IMG/VR virus record: IMGVR_UViG_3300028790_000007
Span: 1 to 55,735 of that record
Length of the DNA stretch: 55,735 bases
Source: a virus
Taxonomy: Duplodnaviria > Caudoviricetes
Reading direction: 5' to 3' (one strand)
Below, piece by piece: positions 1 through 8,410 of the stretch (the stretch's first letter is position 1; the number at the start of each line of letters is the position of its first letter). A program made the position numbers and the translations under genes. The notes under the pieces are model-generated. The model was not told where the DNA came from. It worked only from the letters and a program-made list of their open reading frames with translations, and did not search any database.

Positions 1-11
1 GGGGCCGCCGC

Positions 12-136
12 CCCGACTCCGGGCAGGCGGGCGAGTTCGCTCACTTGCTGGAGGTGTCTCCGGCGCCCTCTACGACGAGGACCTGCACGGCGCCGTCGCG
101 GGTGGTGCCGCCGTGGGTGCGGTTGGCCTCTCCGCG
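12..136. repeat. Terminal direct repeat, copy 1 (circular assembly overlap)
   Basis: 125 bp identical to 55611-55735. Bases 1-11 (ggggccgccgc) match 55600-55610 (ggtgacgcagg) with 4 mismatches, consistent with read-end errors. Confidence 0.95.
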
Positions 137-211
137 GCGGGGGCCGGTGATGTAGTCGGCGGGGTCGTTGGAGATTTCCTTGACGGTGTACTTGTCGTCG
201 CTGTCAGCCAC
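41..211 (-). CDS. Small hypothetical virion-region protein (56 aa)
   Basis: GTG at 211 overlaps the end of the upstream gene. Its stop overlaps the start of the 55092-55643 gene across the circular junction. Confidence 0.55.
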   Translation of the reverse strand: MADSDDKYTVKEISNDPADYITGPRRGEANRTHGGTTRDGAVQVLVVEGAGDTSSK

Positions 212-839
212 GGGGGGCCTCCTTGGTGGTGGTGTCCGCCGAGGCGGGGGTGGCCGGAGCCGGTTCGGCGTCCGGGGTCTGCGGGCCGGGCGCCTGCGTG
301 GACGGCGCCGAGGCGGGCGCGGACGGCGTAGCGGGCGCCGGGGTTGCGGGCTGTCCCGCGTCCGGGGTGTCATTCCCGGCCGTGTCGCTGCTCCTCCCGG
401 CCTCCGGGCCCTCGTCGGGGGTGTCCGGCCGGGCGGGTGGCTTGTCGGCGCTTAGGGCACCGCTCGGGGCGTCGTAGGAGGCGAGGAGCCGTTCGATGAG
501 TTCCGCTTTGCGGCCCTGCGTGGACAGGCGGCGTTCCCGCAGCAGCGGGATCAGCTCATCGTCCACCGTCATGTGCTCCAGGTCCTCGCGGGATCGGCGG
601 CCCTGGTAGCGGGCGGCGATGGAGCGGTCCGGGTTGCGGGACACGAAACGCATGAACTGGCGCTGGTCGTCGCGGTCCATGCCCGCGTACTCGTCGCGGA
701 GACGTTGCATCGTCTCGTCATCCAGCCCGGCGCGGCGCAGACGCTTGTCGGGGAAGCCGGGGGCGGCCGGGGCGAACGGGTCGTAGACGGCGCGCAGCGG
801 CAACGCCAGGAGGGCCAGTAGGCCCAGGAGCAGGATCAC
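204..839 (-). CDS. SAP-domain protein with hydrophobic N-terminus and Pro/Ala-rich tail
   Basis: LEHMTVDDELIPLLRERRLSTQGRKAELIERL is a SAP-type motif; GTGA overlap with the upstream gene. Confidence 0.65.
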   Translation of the reverse strand: MILLLGLLALLALPLRAVYDPFAPAAPGFPDKRLRRAGLDDETMQRLRDEYAGMDRDDQRQFMRFVSRNPDRSIAARYQGRRSREDLEHMTVDDELIPLLRERRLSTQGRKAELIERLLASYDAPSGALSADKPPARPDTPDEGPEAGRSSDTAGNDTPDAGQPATPAPATPSAPASAPSTQAPGPQTPDAEPAPATPASADTTTKEAPRG

Positions 840-1567
840 GGTGCTGTCCTCCGGTAGGTGCGGGGCGAGGTGTCCGGGGACCATGCGCGGGCCCGGCGGG
901 TGAGCTTCGCGGGGTTGACGGTAGCGAGCCACGAGTCCACCGGCACCAGACCCGTCTGTCCGAGGGCGATGATCTGGGAGGCGGGGACGAAGGTCTGCGT
1001 GATGCCTTGCCGGGTGACGGAGGTGACGTTGGCGGGGAGGGCGCACGGCTGGCCGAGGGCGGACAGGGCGTATTCGCGGGCGAGGAGGGCGGCGGCGAGG
1101 CGGCCCCCGTCGGGCGGCTCCTGCCCGGAGGTGTAGGTGACGACGATGCCGGGCTCGCAGACGGGCCAGCCGGTGCCGGTGAGGTCCCGCAGGTAGGGGC
1201 CGCGCAGGTCGTAGGTGTCCGGGTCGCGGACCGCCTCCCGGTGGGACACTTCGGAGACGGCGACCGGGGAGCCGGGCAGCCGGACCTCGGTGGGGGCGGC
1301 GCAGCAGCCGTGGTTGATGATCTGGCCGTCCACGACGGCCGGGTGCATGGCCGTGCCCCAGGTCAGGTCCCAGCCGGAGGGGATGGGGTCACCGGGCGCG
1401 GGCGCCACCACCTCTACGGTGCGCGTGGTGATGCCACCCCAGCGGCGGCCGGACAGCGCCCACAGCACCTCGGAGGCGAGGGCGATGACCGGCACCCACT
1501 CCTCTGCGCCACCCAGCTCCGGCACCGGGGCGGGGATGGCGTCGAGGTCCGTCCACGGGGCGACCAC
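836..1567 (-). CDS. Head-to-tail adaptor
   Basis: ASEVLWALSGRRWG...CALPANVTSVTRQGIT...TGLVPVDSWLATVNP is typical of actinophage adaptors; next to the major tail gene. Confidence 0.75.
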   Translation of the reverse strand: MVAPWTDLDAIPAPVPELGGAEEWVPVIALASEVLWALSGRRWGGITTRTVEVVAPAPGDPIPSGWDLTWGTAMHPAVVDGQIINHGCCAAPTEVRLPGSPVAVSEVSHREAVRDPDTYDLRGPYLRDLTGTGWPVCEPGIVVTYTSGQEPPDGGRLAAALLAREYALSALGQPCALPANVTSVTRQGITQTFVPASQIIALGQTGLVPVDSWLATVNPAKLTRRARAWSPDTSPRTYRRTAP

Positions 1568-1569
1568 GG

Positions 1570-2238
1570 TCAGACGGCGGCCGGGACCGCGATGAAGCCG
1601 TTGGCGGACAGGTCGGGCATGGTGGCCTGCCGGACGCGCTGCACGACACGGCCGGACTCCCACTCCCAGTCGTTCAGGGGCCCGTTGCCCCAGTTGGGGT
1701 TCTGGTTGCCCTGACCCTCGAACGCGGCGGCCATCGGATCGGCGGAGATGGAGACACCGGACGGCTTGAGGTACAGCCGGGGCAGCGTCCACCAGATGTA
1801 GGGCAGCTCGTCGTCCACCCCGTCGTCGGTGATCGCAGAGGACCACAGCTCCACGCCGATCCCGTTGGGGACGGGATCGGAGCCGACCTCGGGGGCGGCG
1901 TGGCCGATGGGGCGGCCGTCCTCGTCCAGCAGCACATCCCCCCCGCCCAGCATCTCCTCCAGCTCCGGGTCGGGGTAGCACAACTCCAGGGAGTCGATGA
2001 CGAGACGCTTCACGGTCGGCGGCGACGAGTAGTACAGGCACGCCTTGCCTTGGCCGTTGAGGCGTTCGACCTCGGTGCCGTCCCGGTACTCCAGGGTGTA
2101 GTCGAGCTTGACGAGGTTGTCCGACACGTACGCGTTGTCGGGGCCGACAACGGGGGCGCCGTTGGAGGCGATGCGGGTGAAGCGCCCACCGAGGGCGAAC
2201 ACACTGCCGGACTTGCGGACAGGGGTGGGCGTGGTCAC
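1570..2238 (-). CDS. Major tail (tube) protein
   Basis: RFTRIASNGAPVVG..NAYVSD..G.E....NG.G..C..LELCYPDPEL..GVELWS pattern; 222 aa; directly after the capsid genes. Confidence 0.75.
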   Translation of the reverse strand: MTTPTPVRKSGSVFALGGRFTRIASNGAPVVGPDNAYVSDNLVKLDYTLEYRDGTEVERLNGQGKACLYYSSPPTVKRLVIDSLELCYPDPELEEMLGGGDVLLDEDGRPIGHAAPEVGSDPVPNGIGVELWSSAITDDGVDDELPYIWWTLPRLYLKPSGVSISADPMAAAFEGQGNQNPNWGNGPLNDWEWESGRVVQRVRQATMPDLSANGFIAVPAAV

Positions 2239-2248
2239 AGGGGGCTCC

Positions 2249-3094
2249 TCAGCTCAGGGTGATGGGGACGGCGAAGTACGCACAGGTGTCGAACGTGGCC
2301 GCCACGCGTTTCCCTGCGGTCCGGCGGATGGTGTTGGTGCGGGTGTCGATGACCTCCGCGTCGTTGGCGGAGTCGAGGACGAGGGGGCTGCGGCGGACCA
2401 CGACGGGCCCGGTGGCGTACATCCACGACACGTTGGCGGCGGCGGAGGTGCCCTCCGGGGGGGTGCCCGGATATCCGGCGTCGGCCACCACCACATTGTC
2501 CAGGTTGGTGTAGAGGAGGTTCCCCACCTTCGCCAGGTCGGGACCGAACATGGTGATGGCGTCGCGGGCGATGTGGAGGAACACCTGCTGGCCGTGGAAG
2601 GCGTCCCCGGCTGCTTTCTGGAGGAGGCCGAGGCCGCGCCGGGGGGAGACGGGCCCGGAGCCGAGGACGGTGGGGTCCTTGGCGAGGTACAGGTTGGGTT
2701 CGGCGCCCCCGCCGATGGCGGCGGCTTCCTGCTCGGACAGCTCCCCGGTCCACAGCTCGCGGGCGATGGCGTAGGACTCGATGGAGTCGGCGGCGCGGCG
2801 TAGCCGGGCCGTCACCTCCGCCTCCTGGTAGCCGAAGGTGGTGGGGCAGGGGTCCTGCACCTGGAGGTCCCACGGCCGGTACACGACAGCGTCGGCGACG
2901 CCTGCGGCGGCGCCCTGGTCCAGCTCCTCGGCGGTGCAGTCGGAGAGGGCCCGGTAGCCACCGCAGGTCTCCGACACGTACTGGAGGCCGCGCACCCACT
3001 CACCGCCCGCGTCGTCGTCGCGGTTGGTGATGGCGGCGCGGAGGAGCGAATGCGGGGGGGCGGCCGCCGGGGGGGCGGTGACGGTGACGGTCAT
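2249..3094 (-). CDS. Major capsid pentamer protein
   Basis: 281 aa immediately after the hexamer gene; WVRGLQY..C, ES.AIARELWTG, N.VV.DAGY, WMYATGPV motifs as in Rosebush-like two-capsid-protein phages. Confidence 0.7.
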   Translation of the reverse strand: MTVTVTAPPAAAPPHSLLRAAITNRDDDAGGEWVRGLQYVSETCGGYRALSDCTAEELDQGAAAGVADAVVYRPWDLQVQDPCPTTFGYQEAEVTARLRRAADSIESYAIARELWTGELSEQEAAAIGGGAEPNLYLAKDPTVLGSGPVSPRRGLGLLQKAAGDAFHGQQVFLHIARDAITMFGPDLAKVGNLLYTNLDNVVVADAGYPGTPPEGTSAAANVSWMYATGPVVVRRSPLVLDSANDAEVIDTRTNTIRRTAGKRVAATFDTCAYFAVPITLS

Positions 3095-3129
3095 GGGTGC
3101 TCCTCGCGGTCGGGATGCCTGTCAGGGAA

Positions 3130-3168
3130 CCCGGCGCCAGCCAGCGGGGGTCGAGAGCTGGCGCCGGG
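3130..3168 (-). terminator. Stem-loop between capsid hexamer and pentamer genes
   Basis: Perfect 12-bp stem cccggcgccagc / gctggcgccggg. Confidence 0.6.
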
Positions 3169-3176
3169 CGTACCTG

Positions 3177-5153
3177 TCAGGCGGCGAGGATGGCCGCCGT
3201 GTCGGCGGTGCCCGCGGTCATGCCGGTCGGCTGGAGGTCGGTGACCAGCCGGACAGCTTCGACGCCGCGGTGGGCGACACCCTCAAAGGTCTCGGAGAAC
3301 TGCTTGTAGCGGTTGACCTGGTTGAGGGAGGAGTCGCGGACGACACCCAGGTCCATGCTGCCGCCGTCGAGGTGCAGCATGTCCCCTTCGCGCCACAGCA
3401 GGGTCTCCACCTGGGCGGGGAAGTCGGGCACGGCCGCGTTGTCGGTGAGGGCGGCGTAGAACTGGTTGGCCATCGTCACCTCGGAGCCCCCGGCGACGGT
3501 CGCGGGGCGGCCGTCCAGGTGCCAGGTGATGTTGATGTTGCGGGCGGCGAACCAGGAGTTGATGGTGGCGTTGGCGACGGCGAACGCCTCCCGGATGTCC
3601 GTGCCCGACCCCACCCCGGCGCCCAGCATCAGGTCGGCGCGGATCGCGTCACGCCACCAGATGGGCTTGACGGCGCGGAGGGCGATGGCCTCGTCCAGGC
3701 GGTAGAAGTTGCGGAACGCGGCGATCAGCCGGTCCGTGGCGAGCAGCTCGTCCCGGATCGCGGACACGACCACCCCGGCGGTGACGGTGGTGGACAGAGC
3801 GGCGATCTGGGTGAGCAGACGGTTCTCCGTCAGCCGGGCGTGCGCGATCTGGGATGCCTGCACGTTGGCGGCGGTGGCCTGCGGGTCGAAGCGGGCCGTC
3901 ATGTTGGAGAAGGTCATGCACATGGTGATGGCCTCCACGTACGCCTCGGCGTCGTCGGGGCACTCCACGTCGATGCACGGTTTGACCTTGGGCTCGGTGT
4001 CCGGGTCGCCGGTGACGGCGGCGTCGTCGGCGAGGGTCCAGATACCGGTGGCCCCGGCGAAGTCGCCGAAGGAGACGTGCTGCCGCCAGCGGATACCTCC
4101 CCCACCCTGGCCCTGGACACCGAAGTTGGTGAGGGCGTCGCGGACGGGGCGGGCGACGGAGCCGAGCACGGGCACGTCGTAGTCGAGGTTGAGGGGGGCG
4201 CACAGCCCCCCGGCGGCGACGATCGCGCCGTTGGCGAGGGCGGCCTGCGCCGAGGCGACGAGGGTGGCCTGGTCGGTGGCGGCGTCGATGAGCTGCGTGT
4301 TCTGCGCGGCATCGTCACCGAGGAAGCGCTCCGCCGGGTAGGAGGTTCGCAGCGAGGCGACGGGCACCTGCTCGCCGTCGCCTCCGCTGGTGTTGCGGAG
4401 GGCGTGGCGGCGAAGGTTGATGGCCTCCCCGAGCTGGTCGGCGGTGGCGATGGTCGCCCCCACCTCCAGCCCGGCGCGCTGGTTCCCGGCGGAGGCGACG
4501 AGGGTGGCGGTGGCGCGGGGGGCGACGAACCCGGCGGGCTCTCCCCCGGCCGAGTTGGCGGCGCGGTTGCGGGTCGAGGTGGAGGAGGAGGGGACAGCTC
4601 CGGGCCGCCCGGCGGCCTGCACACGGCGACGCTGGCCCGCGGAGGCCGCGACGGGCTCAGGGGCGGCCTGCGAACCGGCGGGCTGGCTGTCGCCCTCACC
4701 CTCACCGTCCGAGCCGTCTCCGGTGCCCTCGTCGCCTTCCTCGTCGTCCTCCGGGCCGTCCTCGGAGCGGGGGGCGAGGCGGGCCAGGGCCTCGTCACGC
4801 TGCCGCTGCGCCTCCTCCGCCTCGGCGGCGATAGCACCCTGCCGCTCCTCGGCGACCTCGCGGGCGTCGGCGAGGGCGTTGATGCGGGCCAGCACCTCGG
4901 GGGTGATCGGGTCGTCGGAGGCGCCGATGGCCTGGCCCTCCGCGACGGCGGCGTCGATGACGGCGGCCAGCTCGTCGGCGGACAGCCCGGTGAGGGCCTC
5001 GGTGATCTGGTCGCGGGTGGGGAGGGGCTGGCCCTCCTCTACGTCGAGGAACGCCAGCGGGTCGGGGGTGTCCTCGCCGTCGGCGATGAGGGCGAGCAGG
5101 CGGCCGTCCGCGGCGAAGGCGGCGCGGGGGGTGGCGGTGCGGGTGCAGTACAT
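3177..5153 (-). CDS. Major capsid hexamer protein with N-terminal acidic scaffold-like domain
   Basis: 658 aa; AAGGLCAPL..YD...RPVRDAL, GGGIRW, KPCIDVECP, DLGVVRDSSLN.VN.Y..F.ETFEG motifs. Confidence 0.85.
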   Translation of the reverse strand: MYCTRTATPRAAFAADGRLLALIADGEDTPDPLAFLDVEEGQPLPTRDQITEALTGLSADELAAVIDAAVAEGQAIGASDDPITPEVLARINALADAREVAEERQGAIAAEAEEAQRQRDEALARLAPRSEDGPEDDEEGDEGTGDGSDGEGEGDSQPAGSQAAPEPVAASAGQRRRVQAAGRPGAVPSSSTSTRNRAANSAGGEPAGFVAPRATATLVASAGNQRAGLEVGATIATADQLGEAINLRRHALRNTSGGDGEQVPVASLRTSYPAERFLGDDAAQNTQLIDAATDQATLVASAQAALANGAIVAAGGLCAPLNLDYDVPVLGSVARPVRDALTNFGVQGQGGGGIRWRQHVSFGDFAGATGIWTLADDAAVTGDPDTEPKVKPCIDVECPDDAEAYVEAITMCMTFSNMTARFDPQATAANVQASQIAHARLTENRLLTQIAALSTTVTAGVVVSAIRDELLATDRLIAAFRNFYRLDEAIALRAVKPIWWRDAIRADLMLGAGVGSGTDIREAFAVANATINSWFAARNINITWHLDGRPATVAGGSEVTMANQFYAALTDNAAVPDFPAQVETLLWREGDMLHLDGGSMDLGVVRDSSLNQVNRYKQFSETFEGVAHRGVEAVRLVTDLQPTGMTAGTADTAAILAA

Positions 5154-5320
5154 GGGTGGGCCCTCCTGGGCGTCGTCAGAGGTCGCGGACGGATCACGCG
5201 GTCTGAGCTGTCCCCAGGGCTTGGCCTCCGGGGCGACGGTCGGCCCACTAGGTGGCTCCGGCCGCTGCTCTACGGAGGACCGTAGGACAGCGGCCGGAGG
5301 TGGCGTGCTGAGTTGCGGGA

Positions 5321-5689
5321 TCAGAAGGGCGGGTCAGGGACGGGGCCGTCCACGATCCACGGGTTGGGGATGTCCGGCACGTCGGCGTAGGCGAGCTGCC
5401 GCCGGTCCGGGCCGACGCACACTTCCTCGGCGTCCTCCCCGGTCTGGCCGACGGCGTAGAGGAGCCGGTGCTGCTCCCCCTCGGCGGGCGCCCGGCCGCA
5501 CAGCCCACACACCTCCACCATGTGGGTGTCCGAGGTGGCGTGCTCCTCCCAGAAGCCGAGGGCGGCGTTGAGGGTGGTGGCGCTCGGGCACAGGCAGGCC
5601 CGGCAGGGCTGGCAGTACACCAGCACAGAGCCGTCCCCGGCGCCGATCAGCTTGCAGTCGGCGGGGGTGACGTTGGGGCGGTGGTCCAT
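5321..5689 (-). CDS. Hypothetical Cys-rich protein
   Basis: CQPC..H and CGLCG motifs; GAGGA-like RBS upstream. Confidence 0.5.
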   Translation of the reverse strand: MDHRPNVTPADCKLIGAGDGSVLVYCQPCRACLCPSATTLNAALGFWEEHATSDTHMVEVCGLCGRAPAEGEQHRLLYAVGQTGEDAEEVCVGPDRRQLAYADVPDIPNPWIVDGPVPDPPF

Positions 5690-5780
5690 CGGGGTCCTCT
5701 CGTCGGCGTGGGGTAGGGCGGCGGTCGGCCGTCCTCCGCGGGCGCCGGGCGGGGTCAGGGCCTGGCGGCCACGGAGGGCG

Positions 5781-6107
5781 TCAGACGAAGCAGTCGGTGA
5801 AGTGGGGGCCCTCGGACTGTCCGCAGGTGGGCTGCGGGTCGTCGTGCTCGGCGCACTCGTAGCCGTTGTGGGAGACGGTCCGGCCGCACCAGCAGCGGAC
5901 ACGGGCGGCGCGTTCCTTCGCGCCCTCCTCGGCGGCGATGCGGCGCCAGTCGGCGGCGGTGGCGAGATAGGTGGCGGCGTGGGCCCGCAGCTCGCCGGAG
6001 AGGCCGGGGCCGCGGAGGTCGTCGGCGCGGTCGGCGGCGGCGGTGAGGCGGGCGGCTTCGGCGTCGCAGCGGGCGGCTGCCTGGTAGGCGCGGATGGAGC
6101 GGGTCAT
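5781..6107 (-). CDS. Hypothetical protein with C-terminal Zn-finger
   Basis: Follows repeated promoter cassette and AGGAGG RBS; CWCG..C.EH. Confidence 0.6.
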   Translation of the reverse strand: MTRSIRAYQAAARCDAEAARLTAAADRADDLRGPGLSGELRAHAATYLATAADWRRIAAEEGAKERAARVRCWCGRTVSHNGYECAEHDDPQPTCGQSEGPHFTDCFV

Positions 6108-6135
6108 GGGGTCCTCCTGTTGACGTGGGGGTGTG

Positions 6136-6163
6136 CTGTCCCCCCTATTATGCACACACCTAC
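6136..6163 (-). promoter_or_regulatory. Repeated promoter cassette copy 1
   Basis: TAGGTGTGTGCATAATAGGGGGGACAG on the minus strand. Confidence 0.75.
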
Positions 6164-6675
6164 TGACAGAGCGGGGGGCGGGCTCGCCGTAGCAGCGTCC
6201 CCTCCAGTCCGGGACGGCACACGGGGCAGGCGCGGGCGTGACCGCGGGCCTTCATGCGGCGCTCCAGGCTCCGGTCGCCCGCCCAGGTGCGGACCAGCTC
6301 CCAGCCGATGCCCGCCTTGCCGACATGTCGCAGCAGGTTGGCGCCGGTCCCGGAGGCGTGGTGCGCGAGGCGCCGCTCCAGATTGCCATCCGATGCCCAC
6401 CCCATGTAGTGCCGGGCGTGCCCGAACGGCTGGTCGAAGTGCAGCAGGTAGACGGTGCCTCCGGGGTGCTCGGTGGCGAGGAGCCGCAGCCGGGCGCGGA
6501 GCACCGCAGGCAGCAGGTCCCACTCCGGGCCGGGCTGCCCGAGGGGCGGGTGCCCGGCGCCGAGACAGCGGGGGCGGCGCCCGTCCGGCAGTGCAACGGG
6601 GGCGCGGTGCCACCAGACGAGTCCCCGCCGGGTGAGGGCGGAGGAGCGCCAGCACACCCGGCAGGGCGCCCTCAC
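6160..6675 (-). CDS. GIY-YIG-type endonuclease
   Basis: VYLLHF..HARHYMGWA...LERRL..H..G.GA..L...ERRMK...CPVC. Confidence 0.75.
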   Translation of the reverse strand: MRAPCRVCWRSSALTRRGLVWWHRAPVALPDGRRPRCLGAGHPPLGQPGPEWDLLPAVLRARLRLLATEHPGGTVYLLHFDQPFGHARHYMGWASDGNLERRLAHHASGTGANLLRHVGKAGIGWELVRTWAGDRSLERRMKARGHARACPVCRPGLEGTLLRRARPPLCQ

Positions 6676-6983
6676 TCGGACAGCTCCACGGGCTCCTCGG
6701 TGACGGTGCCGCAGTAGCCCTGAGAGTGGGCCTCCCGCCACAGGCTGGCGGGCTTCCAGTCGGCGGACGGGCCGAAGGAGTAGGACAGCCCGGCGTGGCC
6801 GAGGGCGGGGTGGTCCCACTCCTGGCGCATCGCGGCCTCCAGCGCTTCCTCCGCGGCCTCCCGGTCGGTGTGGAGGGACAGGTGGAGGGGGCGCCCGGAG
6901 ACGGCAGCGGAGCCCTCTACCAGGCCGACGGTGCCCATGCCGGTCTGGTGGGTGAGGAGGGCGAGGAACACGGTGGGGGTCAT
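6672..6983 (-). CDS. Hypothetical protein
   Basis: ORF with CACGCCA..AAAGGA leader; GTGA overlap with the next gene. Confidence 0.55.
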   Translation of the reverse strand: MTPTVFLALLTHQTGMGTVGLVEGSAAVSGRPLHLSLHTDREAAEEALEAAMRQEWDHPALGHAGLSYSFGPSADWKPASLWREAHSQGYCGTVTEEPVELSE

Positions 6984-7076
6984 GTGAGGTAGATCCTTTC
7001 GTGGCGTGGATCGTGACAGTGGGGTCTGACGACTCCCCTGGCCGCCCGGCACGAGGCCGGGCGGCGTAGGCAGCGG

Positions 7077-7268
7077 TCAGGCGGAGTGGGTGGCCCACTC
7101 GGCGGAGGCAGCCTCGGCGTGCGCCTTGGCCTTGGCGACCTGAACGGTCTTGGGGAGGTAGGCGAAGCGGACGCCGAGGTGGCCGCAGGAGCAGACGGCC
7201 CGCATGGCCTTGGCGCCGCCGTTGCAGACGGTGATGACCTTGACGGTGTGGGTGGCGGTGGCGTTCAT
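7077..7268 (-). CDS. Small CxCG..H protein (starts MNATA)
   Basis: Follows promoter cassette 2 and a GAGGAG RBS. Confidence 0.6.
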   Translation of the reverse strand: MNATATHTVKVITVCNGGAKAMRAVCSCGHLGVRFAYLPKTVQVAKAKAHAEAASAEWATHSA

Positions 7269-7297
7269 GGCGGGCTCCTCGGTGGCGTGGGGCGTTG

Positions 7298-7339
7298 CTG
7301 TCCCCCGTATTATGCACACACCTAACCCTGTCGTGTCTA
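7298..7339 (-). promoter_or_regulatory. Repeated promoter cassette copy 2
   Basis: TAGACA-N19-CATAAT-ACGGGGGACAG; 41/42 identical to 40855-40896. Confidence 0.85.
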
Positions 7340-7399
7340 GTACCTACGCGGCGCGGCGCGCCGTCTCCCCCGGAGGAGGGACGGCGCGCCGGGCGGCGG

Positions 7400-8308
7400 T
7401 CAGGCCGTCATCCACGCGGACCGGAGGAACGCGTGGAGGCTGTTGCGGTCGGTGACGGTCAGGGTCGGCTCCGCGGCGGCCTCCTCGGTCGTCAGCCGGT
7501 CGGCGACGAGGGCCCGGAGGGCGTCCCGGTCGGCGGCGGTCGTCGGGATCGACCGGCCCCCGTCGGTGAGGGTCTTGGCGGCGGCGAGGCGGGACAGGAC
7601 GGGGGCGGCCGGGCCGTCGAGGACGGCGAGCGGGCCGAGAAGGAGCGTGTGGACGCGGCCGTGGAAGCGAACCGCCTTGGCCTTCTCAGCAACCTGCTCG
7701 GCGACCGGCTCGGCGGCGGGGCGGGCCGGACCGAGGATCGCCACGGCGACCTCCTCAGCCTCCTCCTCGGTCATCGGCTCCGCGAACTCGGGGAGGTGTC
7801 CGTTCACGTCCACCAGCGAGGAGGCCGGGGAGACGGCCTCGGCGGCGTTGAGCTGCGCGGCGCGCTCCTCCGCCTTGGCGCGGGAGGCGTGGGTGGAGAC
7901 GTAGGCGGCGCCGGGGGTGAGGCCGTCGGGGGCGGCGTCGATGATGGCGCCGTCGATGACGCGGTAGCGGCCGTCGGCGCGGGAGGCGTAGTAGCGGGCG
8001 GCGGGCGCCTCGGCGACAACGGCGGTGATCTCGTCGCGGACGGCGGCGGCGGCGGAGACACGCTTGGGAGCGGCGGCGACCTCGGCGGGGGCCTGCTCCT
8101 CGGCGCGGGCGGCGGCGGCCTTGAGGCACTTGGTGCAGGTGGCCTCGGTCCCGGCGGGCTGGCGGGTGATGGAGCGGGTGGTGATGTTGCGGTAGCGGAC
8201 GGCGCCGCAGTCGACGGAGGGGCCGTAGCCGTCGCCCCGGTCGGCGCCGAGGTGGACGGCCTTGCCGTTGCCGACGGTGACGGGGAGGTAGGTGGTCGTG
8301 GCGTTCAT
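7400..8308 (-). CDS. Hypothetical Ala-rich protein with N-terminal H..C..CxxC Zn motif (starts MNATT)
   Basis: Follows promoter cassette 3 and an AAGGAG RBS. Confidence 0.65.
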   Translation of the reverse strand: MNATTTYLPVTVGNGKAVHLGADRGDGYGPSVDCGAVRYRNITTRSITRQPAGTEATCTKCLKAAAARAEEQAPAEVAAAPKRVSAAAAVRDEITAVVAEAPAARYYASRADGRYRVIDGAIIDAAPDGLTPGAAYVSTHASRAKAEERAAQLNAAEAVSPASSLVDVNGHLPEFAEPMTEEEAEEVAVAILGPARPAAEPVAEQVAEKAKAVRFHGRVHTLLLGPLAVLDGPAAPVLSRLAAAKTLTDGGRSIPTTAADRDALRALVADRLTTEEAAAEPTLTVTDRNSLHAFLRSAWMTA

Positions 8309-8337
8309 CGGGGGGCTCCTTCTGGCGTGGTGTCGTG

Positions 8338-8378
8338 CTGTCCCCCGTATTATGCACACACCTAACGTGGAAAGTCGA
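8338..8378 (-). promoter_or_regulatory. Repeated promoter cassette copy 3
   Basis: TCGACT-N18-CATAAT-ACGGGGGACAG. Confidence 0.8.
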
Positions 8379-8410
8379 GGAGGTGTCCAGCGCGGCGCGG
8401 CGCGGCGTGT

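Noticed and set aside
12-136. Terminal repeat as a biological phage DTR or att site
   Set aside because: It falls within coding sequence of the neck module and has the length of an assembler overlap; best read as circular permutation.
6136-8378. Three close repeats as a CRISPR array or attC-type cassette array
   Set aside because: Spacing is ~1 kb, the repeats have -35/-10 promoter structure, and no cas or integron integrase gene is visible.
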